DNA from: Candidatus Latescibacterota bacterium
Lineage (GTDB): Bacteria; Latescibacterota; UBA2968; GCA-2709665
DNA: 64,000 nt
NCBI GenBank assembly: GCA_965237675.1
Contig: OZ250150.1
Span: 2,144,001-2,208,000 of the forward strand
Direction of reading: 5' to 3'
Translations under genes and position numbers: made by a program
Notes under the pieces: generated by a model
Seen by the model: only the letters and a program-made list of their open reading frames with translations
Databases searched by the model: none
Told to the model about the DNA's origin: nothing
Shown: piece by piece, positions 1 through 7,946 of the stretch
Layout of the letters: each line of letters opens with the position of its first letter
Position numbering within the stretch: the stretch's first letter is position 1

Positions 1-2
1 AT

Positions 3-299
3 CGAAGGCCAATCTACCTCGACCGCGTTCGCATGGCGCTGAACCCGAACGGACGCTTCGGGATGACGTGTTTTGACAAGACAGGCGGTCAACCCGTGGA
101 AGATTGGGAGATATACGAAACGGGAAAGATGCCGCCGGGTATCGGCTACTCGGAAGATCGATTGCGAGGCATACCAAATCACCATTTCGAGATTCTTGAT
201 TTACGGCCGATGAAGGTTTATCCCGAGGACGCCGAATTATTCGGCATATCGGGTCTTTGGACCGTTATGATGAAGCCGCTCAGACCCTCCTCACGTTAG
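3..299 (+). CDS. Class I SAM-dependent methyltransferase, C-terminal part (cut by window edge)
   Basis: Frame is open from the window edge: RRPIYLDRVRMALNPNGRFGMTCF resembles the post-motif 'LKPGG' region of class I MTases. Confidence 0.55.
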   Translation, partial: RRPIYLDRVRMALNPNGRFGMTCFDKTGGQPVEDWEIYETGKMPPGIGYSEDRLRGIPNHHFEILDLRPMKVYPEDAELFGISGLWTVMMKPLRPSSR

Positions 300-597
300 C
301 GTGGTTTGGAATTTAAAACAGCTTCTGAGAGAATTGGTTTGGCTGCGATTACGGTACCGAGCTATCTTTAACTCAATACGGGGAATGTACGGAACCGCAT
401 TGCATTCGAAGAAGACGAGCAAAAAAATAAGGTAAAGCACTGATAATGAGCAAGTTGAGACGTTAATTGCCATAATTCCAGTCATGACATGCTGAACCAC
501 CTTGCAGTATTTGATCGTGATATGCAGCTCTTATTATCTTAGCGATTGTGTCGCTAGTTTCGGCCAACCTGAAGGGTTTTCGAGTTCGGAGGTATCG

Positions 598-816
598 ATG
601 GAAGCAGCTTACATCAGTCGCGACCCGGAGATCATGAGTGGGGCACTCTGTTTCAAGGGGACCCGGGTACCGGTGCAAAACTTATTTGACTACCTTGAGG
701 GGACCTCTTCCCTTGATGATTTTCTGGATGACTTCCCCTCCGTTTCCCGCGAGGCAGCAGTAGCTGTGCTCGAGGCCGCGAAAGTACGGCTATTCGCCGA
801 TGCGTCTACTTCTTGA
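598..816 (+). CDS. DUF433 family antitoxin
   Basis: MEAAYISRDPEIMSGALCFKGTRVPVQNLFDYL...LDDFLDDFPSV is a typical DUF433 sequence; GGAGG upstream; overlaps the downstream PIN-like gene. Confidence 0.85.
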   Translation: MEAAYISRDPEIMSGALCFKGTRVPVQNLFDYLEGTSSLDDFLDDFPSVSREAAVAVLEAAKVRLFADASTS

Positions 817-1118
817 CGAATCCCTTCCCCGTCGCGTGCGGCAATTCCTGCCTGGCCATACCCTACGGACAGGGGTCGAGATGGGACGGGGTGGTATCAG
901 GAACGGTGACGTGCTCAGCCTTGCGGCGTCGGATTTTGATGCGTTAACACCGTTGACAAGAATCTTCGGTACCAACAGAACCTCTCTGTCCTCCCCATTG
1001 CGGTCGTGATCCTGTATGCTCACTCAAACGAACTTCAGGTCCTGATGCCGCTCCTGCCCGAGCTGGAAAAGCCCTTACTTCACTGAAACCACGCTCTTTC
1101 GTGCAATTTGGGGCATAA
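800..1118 (+). pseudogene. DUF5615/VapC45-like PIN toxin with two frameshifts
   Basis: Starts MRLLLDESLP; the family-like continuation TVDKNLRYQQNLSVLPIAVVIL is in another frame after ~948, and the tail KALTSLKPRSFVQFGA* is shifted again after ~1068. Confidence 0.75.
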
Positions 1119-1397
1119 CCAGCCGCTTCCCGCGACGTCTGATCGCTAAACTCTGCCAGCGGATTAAGACATTACACGCAGCAATGTCTGCTATTGCGCA
1201 AGGGAGCGAATACAACCTCTGACGCTTTACGAATGACATAGTCATGGAAGTTTCCCATTCTCCATCCCTCTGGCAAAAACGCGATTAGACCTGCATTCAC
1301 AACCCGCCCCGCGGTTGAGGGAGATGTCCCGGCGCTGATTGATCTGGCGCAGCGGTCCTGGCTTTCCGGAAACTGCGAACTCGCCCCGATTCAGGCT

Positions 1398-1766
1398 GTG
1401 CGGGACTGGATAGAAGCAGATATCGAGAGCAGGCGATATCCGGAGATCTGGCCGAACGTCACGGTTGCGGCGCATCGTTCTCGAATCCTCGGTTTGTCGA
1501 GCACGGAAGGCCAGGAAGTCGCCGATCTCTGGGTCCATCCGTCCTTTCAGAGACGAGGGATCGGGAGCAGGCTGTTGCAGGTCTGCGAGGAAGAGATTTG
1601 CCTCGCCGGTCACACCTCAGCCAGATTGTGTTATACGGAATACAACGTCGCGGCTCCTCTCTTCTACCACGCTCACGGATACACTGAGGTAAGCCGATCT
1701 CCCGACAGACTCCCATGCGGTCTAGTGAGGGATGTCATCGTTATGGAGAAAACGATCGGAGTTTGA
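1398..1766 (+). CDS. GNAT family N-acetyltransferase (5' end uncertain)
   Basis: LWVHPSFQRRGIGSRLL acetyl-CoA motif and N..A..FY..HGY; frame stays open upstream to 1242 (RPAVEGDVPALIDL) without an in-frame ATG. Confidence 0.75.
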   Translation: MRDWIEADIESRRYPEIWPNVTVAAHRSRILGLSSTEGQEVADLWVHPSFQRRGIGSRLLQVCEEEICLAGHTSARLCYTEYNVAAPLFYHAHGYTEVSRSPDRLPCGLVRDVIVMEKTIGV

Positions 1767-2104
1767 AGAATCGCGAGGCAATGGCCCCCACGACGGCAGA
1801 ACCGCGAGTCGGAGAGAACACAGCCGAAGGAACGCTTAGGCCGGCTGAACGGTGTGTGGCGCGACGTTGTCCTGATGGAACGGCGAAGCAGAGTTGTGGG
1901 CACTTAGTGGCTTGCATCCAGACTGCATTGTTCACGATTCAATCAATACCACCCCCACAACGTGACCCGACGTCGAGGAAGCAGGTTTGAACGTGGGGTA
2001 GAAATTCCTGTCTGCCCATTGTATTGGTGTTCAGGTCCCATACCTGTGCGAACCGTGGGCACCGCACAATCTGGCCGAGGAGCGCGACGTTAACCGGACG
2101 ACGC

Positions 2105-4198
2105 TTATCTACCGAAAGCGTTGGCGAAGATTAGAAAATCGCCAAACCCGATCGTGCCGTCGCCGTCCAGATCATATCGTGCGTCGTAGTCTTCATCGGA
2201 TTGACCCAATCCGAATTGTCCCGCAAACTGTATAAAATCGGTAAAGCCGACGGTACCGTCGCCATCGAAATCGGGATTGGGGCTTCGAGGAGTGACGTAC
2301 GGCAACATGTCCCAAAGCAGAATTGTACCGTCTCCACTTCCACTGGCCAGGATCAGCCCATTGGGGGAAAAGGAGACGTTCGTGACAGCCTCGACATGTC
2401 CTTTCAGGACGTCTTTCTCCTTGCGGCTGATCACGTCCCACAATCGTACCGTTGCGTCCTCACTCGCACTTGCCAGAGTGGACCCGTCTGGCGAGAACGT
2501 CACCGAAAAGACACTGCTTTCATGTCCGGTCAGGGTTGCTTTCTCCCGTCTGCTTGCCATGTCCCACAGGCGAATCGTGCCATCTGAAATTCCACTGGCC
2601 AGGGTAGATCCATCAGACGAGAACGACACCGAGTAAAACAGATCCGTTTTGCCGCCCGAAAGATTGCCCCTTTGCTGGCGGCCAACCACATCCCACAATC
2701 GAATCTCCCTCCTACCCACACTGGCCAGGATGGACCCATCTTGCGAAAAGGTCAGTGAAAAGATCGACCCCGTATGACCAGTTAATGTGGCTTTCTCCTG
2801 CGTACTCGCCACGTCCCACAAACGGATCGTACCATCAGAACCTCCACTGGCGAGCGTAGATCCATCGGGTGAGAAGGACAGGGAAAAGACCTCCCCGATA
2901 TGCCCTTTCAATTTAGCCTCCTCTTGACGGCTAACCACATCCCACAACCGAATTGTACCGTCTCTGCGCACTGGATCTCCACTGCCAGTGGCCAGGGTGG
3001 CCCCATCCGGCGAGAACGCCACCGAAAAGACACTCCACCCTTCAAGCCCTGTTAATGAGGTCTCCTTCTGTCTGCTGGCCACGTCCCACAACTGTACCGT
3101 CTCGTCGCGACTTCCAGTGGCCAGGGTGGCCCCATCGGGCGAAAACGACATCGAAATGACCCAGGACGTATGCCCGTCTATTGTGGCCGTCTCCTGACGG
3201 CTGACCGTGTCCCATACCCGAATTGTACCGTCTCTGCTCCCGCTGGCCAGTGTGGCCCCGTCCGGCGAAAATGTTACAGAATAGACCCTGCTCGTATGCC
3301 CTTTCAAAATGGCACTTTCCACCCGGCCGACCATGTCCCACAACCGAATCGTACCGTCCCTGCTTCCACTGGCCAAGGTAGAGCCATCCGGGGAGAATGA
3401 AACGGAATAGATCCAATTGTCATGTCCTGTCAGGGTGGTTTTCTCCTGACGGCTGACCACGTCCCAAACCCGTATCGTACCATAAGCAATTGCACTGGCC
3501 AGGGTCTCGCCGTCTGGCGAGAATGATACGGAAGTAACAATGCCGCCGTGCCCTGCCAGCGTGGCCTTTTCTTTTCCGCTGGCTACATCCCACAACCGAA
3601 CCGATTTTTCTTCATCAAACAGATTCCCACTTCCGCTGGCCAAGGTCGCCCCGTCCGGCGAGAACGACACCGAATTGACCCATGACGCGTGTCCTGTAAG
3701 TGTGGATTTCGTCTGACCGCTGGCCAGGTCCCACAACCGAATCGTATTGTCCCAGCTCCCGCTGGCCAGGGCGGAGCCATCCGGGGAGAACGATACCGCA
3801 GTGACTCTTTCCGTATGCCCTGTCAGTGTGGCTTTCGTCTGACCACTGGCAACATCCCACAACCGAATCGTATTGTCCCAACTCCCGCTGGCCAGGGTGG
3901 CGCCATCCGGGGAGAACGATACCGCAAGGACATACCGCGTGTGCCCCGCGAACAAGGCCACTTCGGCGCCGGTGTGGGCATTGTACAGCCAGATACCGAT
4001 GCTGCTTGCCACCGCCAGGCGCGCGCCGTCCGGTGAATAGGCTACCGCTCTGTCATTAAAACTGATATCACCTTTGCCCAGGCGGGCGAGAGCGCCTTCC
4101 GGAAGGCTGAAGGGGTTTTCCTTCCCGGCGAGGCTGGCCCGCGCGAACAGGACGCCAACCAACAACAGGGCGATGCTGAATGAATGGCGCATTCTCAT
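2105..4198 (-). CDS. Secreted WD40-repeat protein with C-terminal EF-hand/dockerin-like Ca-binding pair
   Basis: Signal peptide; about 14 repeats of GH...V.SVSFSPDG.TLASGS.D.TIRLWD; C-terminal DFDGDGTVGFTDF / DLDGDGTIGFGDF. Confidence 0.92.
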   Translation of the reverse strand: MRMRHSFSIALLLVGVLFARASLAGKENPFSLPEGALARLGKGDISFNDRAVAYSPDGARLAVASSIGIWLYNAHTGAEVALFAGHTRYVLAVSFSPDGATLASGSWDNTIRLWDVASGQTKATLTGHTERVTAVSFSPDGSALASGSWDNTIRLWDLASGQTKSTLTGHASWVNSVSFSPDGATLASGSGNLFDEEKSVRLWDVASGKEKATLAGHGGIVTSVSFSPDGETLASAIAYGTIRVWDVVSRQEKTTLTGHDNWIYSVSFSPDGSTLASGSRDGTIRLWDMVGRVESAILKGHTSRVYSVTFSPDGATLASGSRDGTIRVWDTVSRQETATIDGHTSWVISMSFSPDGATLATGSRDETVQLWDVASRQKETSLTGLEGWSVFSVAFSPDGATLATGSGDPVRRDGTIRLWDVVSRQEEAKLKGHIGEVFSLSFSPDGSTLASGGSDGTIRLWDVASTQEKATLTGHTGSIFSLTFSQDGSILASVGRREIRLWDVVGRQQRGNLSGGKTDLFYSVSFSSDGSTLASGISDGTIRLWDMASRREKATLTGHESSVFSVTFSPDGSTLASASEDATVRLWDVISRKEKDVLKGHVEAVTNVSFSPNGLILASGSGDGTILLWDMLPYVTPRSPNPDFDGDGTVGFTDFIQFAGQFGLGQSDEDYDARYDLDGDGTIGFGDFLIFANAFGR

Positions 4199-4278
4199 CC
4201 GGGATGCTCTTTCGGTGAAGGCGGCTGGGGCCGCCTATCGTGAAGTCCGCCCTTTCTTCGAAATCCTTCGCCCACTGG

Positions 4279-5040
4279 TCATCCTGACTCGGCATCCGAT
4301 TTGTGTACGGCGACGAATTTGTCGATCTGGCGGAAGATCCTGTGCATGGTGGCAACGTCTCGGCGATCCATGGAGATGCGGCCGAAGAGGCGGCGGATGG
4401 ACCGCGGGAAGGCCTTCGGCATGTAGTCGGCGGGGAAGCCCAGTTTATCCAGTGCGGATGCGATGTGCGTGTAGAGGGATTCCATCTCTTCAAAGGACGC
4501 CAGGTCAAGCTCCGGCAATTCGCGGGGCCTGGCTGCCGCGCGGAAGAGTTCAAAGCCGAAGATGAGAACGGCCTGGGAAAGGTTCAGGGAGGGATACCGG
4601 TGGGCGGTCGGGATATTGGCGATCATGCTGCACAGCCGCATTTCATCGTTGGTCAGGCCGTTTTCTTCTCGGCCGAATACGAGGGCGGCTTCGTTATCCT
4701 GCGGCAGGGAGACCAGCTTCTCCGCCACGTGTCGCGGTCCGTACATGATGTCGAGGTGCTCGCGTTTCCGGTGGGTCGTTCCCACGGAGAGAACCGTTCC
4801 GGCCAGGGCTTCTTCAAGCGACTCGCATACGGTGGCGCCGTAGAGCACGTCACCCGAGCCGTGGGCCATTTTTCGGGCGTCGCCGCAGGTATGGTCGGGA
4901 GGGTCCACGAGGTAGAGCCGCGAGAGGCCCATGTTTTTCATGGCCCGCGCCACCGCACCGATGTTGCCGGGCTCCTTGGTGCCCGCCAGGACAACACGGA
5001 TGCGGTTGAGCGTTTCCGGGACAACCGACTGTTGTCGCAT
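4279..5040 (-). CDS. trmJ: TrmJ/LasT family SPOUT RNA methyltransferase
   Basis: PGNIGAVARAMKNMG, LVFGREENGLTN and YPSLNLSQAV motifs. Confidence 0.88.
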   Translation of the reverse strand: MRQQSVVPETLNRIRVVLAGTKEPGNIGAVARAMKNMGLSRLYLVDPPDHTCGDARKMAHGSGDVLYGATVCESLEEALAGTVLSVGTTHRKREHLDIMYGPRHVAEKLVSLPQDNEAALVFGREENGLTNDEMRLCSMIANIPTAHRYPSLNLSQAVLIFGFELFRAAARPRELPELDLASFEEMESLYTHIASALDKLGFPADYMPKAFPRSIRRLFGRISMDRRDVATMHRIFRQIDKFVAVHKSDAESG

Positions 5041-5143
5041 CTGTTTCTCCTTGTCCGTTCTCTTTATGCAATTCTGACGCTAGTGTCCCGGGATGCGGGG
5101 CATTGCGAGTCATGCGGGCGCGCCGTTCAAACCGACCGATCCG

Positions 5144-6370
5144 CTATTGACTTAAAAAGCGTTTCCACCCTTCAGGCACGGCATTTGTCTCGAGCAGCAT
5201 CAGCACCGCCTGCCGCTGCGCGGTCTGCAGGCTGTCCTCCCGGGCTTTCCAATAGGCGGCGCCACGCCGGATAGCTTCCGGGTGCATTGAAAACGAGGCC
5301 CGGCTGAAAAGGGAGTCGTGAAGGGCGGGGTTAAGGGTATAGCCGTCGAGACGCGTGGTCTGTTCGGCCAAAGCGCCCGTCTCGGTGGTAATGCGCACGG
5401 TCTGCAGAACGGGCAGCCAGTAGCGGTCGTAGTAGAGCGCGTTTTCCTGGTAGGTGCGAAGTTCTTTGATGCCGAGTGATTTTCGGCCTTTCTTGTTCAA
5501 GCGCAGGTCGTAGCCCACCAGCGAGAAGTCGGTTGCGGAAATCCAGATGGCCCCTTCAAGTGCGGGGTTTCTTTTTTTTCCGGGTTCGACTTGAATTTTG
5601 TACACCGCCACGTCGCCCATCTGTACAGTACCTATCAGACGATAGCGGTAATCTCTCCGGGCGTCGGATTCCAACGGTAGAGGACCCACGTCAAAATCGC
5701 GGCCGTTGAGGCGGCCGCTGCGGATATTTACGATGACGCCGGGATGCATGCCGAATTGCTGGGCCGGCGCGCTGCGAGACCGGTACGCCGTGATGACCTG
5801 GGCGATCTCCCCAGGATTTCGATAATACCCCCGGCCGTCGTAATCGATTCGGGCAAGGACGGGCGAACCGGTATCGCTGCCGGCGTAGAGGGTCTGGACG
5901 CCGCGTAACTCAAAACGATGGGTCCGGAGGTCCGCGTAGCGGGTGTGAAAGACGTTTTCGCGGGGTTTTTGACCGATGGTTTTCAGGAGATCCTTGAGGG
6001 ATGGACGTGGGAGGTCAACGTGGGCCTTGAGCGTAATTGGAGAGGGGAAAAGCAAGATATCCAGTCGGCTTTCCGCACCGTCGGGTACGACAATCTCCCG
6101 CAGGGCCGTCCGATAGCCGACAAATGAAACCTGGACGCGAATGGGACCCCGTGGCAGGTCGGCAACCGTGAATCGGCCATAGAGGTCCGTATGGTCCCCG
6201 CGCTTGAGTTCCGGCAGGATGACCGTGGCGTACGGCAACGGCGTGCGCGTCGCGCTGTCTCTGACGGTGCCGTTCAGCGTGGCCGCTCGCACGGCCACGT
6301 GAGCAATGTGTACCGCAAGCGCACAGACGAGAAGCTCAAAAAAACGACGCGCGGACATCTGCCAGTGCAT
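5144..6370 (-). CDS. Exported protein with carboxypeptidase-regulatory-like domain and DUF5686-like region
   Basis: Signal peptide, then GTVRDSATRTPLPYATV...TDLYGRF...VSFVGY; C-terminal YRYRL...EGAIWI...YWLP. Confidence 0.7.
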   Translation of the reverse strand: MHWQMSARRFFELLVCALAVHIAHVAVRAATLNGTVRDSATRTPLPYATVILPELKRGDHTDLYGRFTVADLPRGPIRVQVSFVGYRTALREIVVPDGAESRLDILLFPSPITLKAHVDLPRPSLKDLLKTIGQKPRENVFHTRYADLRTHRFELRGVQTLYAGSDTGSPVLARIDYDGRGYYRNPGEIAQVITAYRSRSAPAQQFGMHPGVIVNIRSGRLNGRDFDVGPLPLESDARRDYRYRLIGTVQMGDVAVYKIQVEPGKKRNPALEGAIWISATDFSLVGYDLRLNKKGRKSLGIKELRTYQENALYYDRYWLPVLQTVRITTETGALAEQTTRLDGYTLNPALHDSLFSRASFSMHPEAIRRGAAYWKAREDSLQTAQRQAVLMLLETNAVPEGWKRFLSQ

Positions 6371-7499
6371 CGATAAGACGGGTGATATCCTCCTCGCTGT
6401 GGTCGGCCATCAGCGTAAGGCGCAAGCGGCTCTCGCCTTCGGGAACGGTTGGCGGCCGGATGCCGCTCAAGTAAATTCCCTCCCTGAAGAGATGGTCCGA
6501 AATCGCCATGGTGCGCTCCGTGTCGCCGATTAGGATGGGAACAATCTGGGATTGGGAGCCCATGAGATCGAAACCCAGGTCGCGCAGCGCACTTTGCACG
6601 GCGTGGACGTTTCGCCAGAGCCCGTTTCGCAAGTCCGAACGGGTTTCAATGAGTCCCAACGCGGCCGTAGCGGCCGCACAGGCGTCGGGTGGCAGGGCCG
6701 AGGTGTATATAAAGGCCGGGGCTCGATTGATCAGCAGGTCGACGAGTTCCGTGTCTCCGGCGACGAATCCGCCGTAGGCGCCCAGGGCTTTGCTGGCGGA
6801 GGTCGTTACAATGTCGATGCCTCGCGTGATGCCAAAGTGTTCGTGTATCCCTCGGCCGGAAGCGCCGAGGACCCCGGTCCCATGGGCATCGTCAACCATT
6901 AGAATGGCGTTGTGTCGGTTCGCGGCGTCCACGAGGTCTGGCAGGGGAGCGAGGTCGCCGTCCATGCTGAACAGGCCGTCGGTGACGATCAGGCGGCGCC
7001 GGAACTCGCATTCGGTATTGAGCAGGCTGTCGAGGTGGTCGACGTCCCGGTGGCGATAGACGAGGGTCTTTGCCCCGGAGAGCCGGCAGGCGTCGATGAT
7101 GCTGCGATGGTTGAGACGGTCGCTGAAAACCGCGTCTTCCGCGCCGACGAGGGCACTCACCGCGCCCAGGTTCGCCATGTAGCCGGTGGGAAAGCACAGG
7201 GCCGATTCGGTACCCAGGAAACGGGCCATCCGGTGTTCCAGCGTCCGATGCGGTTCCATGTTTCCTGAGATGAGCCGGGAGGCCGCCGCGCTGAGCCCGT
7301 AAGCCCGCAGCGCGGAAGCTGCTTCTTCTTTCAGAACGGGGTGGTTTGCAAGCCCGAGGTAATTGTTGGAACAGAAGAGGAGACGCTCTTTGCCGTCGAT
7401 GCGGACTCGGGGTCCCTGCGCACCTTCAAACAGGTGGAGGCTGCGGTACAGTCCGCGGGATTTCAGATTGTCCAGTTCCGTGGCGAGATGAGGAAGCAC
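6336..7499 (-). CDS. bioF: 8-amino-7-oxononanoate synthase
   Basis: FCSNNYLGLA, TGYMANLG, SDRLNHRSIIDAC, DGLFSMDGD, DDAHGTG, IRPPTVP. Confidence 0.9.
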   Translation of the reverse strand: MLPHLATELDNLKSRGLYRSLHLFEGAQGPRVRIDGKERLLFCSNNYLGLANHPVLKEEAASALRAYGLSAAASRLISGNMEPHRTLEHRMARFLGTESALCFPTGYMANLGAVSALVGAEDAVFSDRLNHRSIIDACRLSGAKTLVYRHRDVDHLDSLLNTECEFRRRLIVTDGLFSMDGDLAPLPDLVDAANRHNAILMVDDAHGTGVLGASGRGIHEHFGITRGIDIVTTSASKALGAYGGFVAGDTELVDLLINRAPAFIYTSALPPDACAAATAALGLIETRSDLRNGLWRNVHAVQSALRDLGFDLMGSQSQIVPILIGDTERTMAISDHLFREGIYLSGIRPPTVPEGESRLRLTLMADHSEEDITRLIDALADVRASFF

Positions 7500-7604
7500 T
7501 GGAGGGTTACCGTCTGTAAATGCGGGTGAGAGGCGGCGAAAGGTGGACGAAAATTATGGTATTTCCACTGGCTTGTCAAGCGCGTGAGGGGGAATGGTAC
7601 CGGT

Positions 7605-7632
7605 TTGACAAAAGGGTTCATTCGTTTATATT
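7605..7632 (+). promoter_or_regulatory. Putative sigma70 promoter for lnt-tatC
   Basis: TTGACA (7605-7610), 16 bp spacer, TATATT (7627-7632). Confidence 0.5.
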
Positions 7633-7635
7633 CAC

Positions 7636-7803
7636 AGAAGCTGTTTTAGAATCCCCAGCGGTCTTCGCGCGGCTGCAAAAGCGCCGGTCGGCGTTGGTCA
7701 AACCCACCCGTATCTTTAGTCGAGGCTGCGCGCCCCTCGCGCCTCATAACCGAACTTTTTCGCTCGCGCTCGGGAACTCACCACGAATTCTAAAACAGCT
7801 TCT
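7636..7803. mobile_element. MITE-like element, 168 bp
   Basis: Perfect 17-bp terminal inverted repeats AGAAGCTGTTTTAGAAT (7636-7652) / ATTCTAAAACAGCTTCT (7787-7803); no coding capacity. Confidence 0.75.
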
Positions 7804-7946
7804 AGGCGGGTTTTTGGGGCGGGGCTCAACCAGACCGGTTGGCGGGACTCACTGCTTGCGGCCAACCGGTTTTTCTGTCCCGCAACCTGAACAGCGAAAA
7901 CGCGACGGGTGAAGATCCGGCAGAAGGGTTCGGAGGAACCGGAAAG

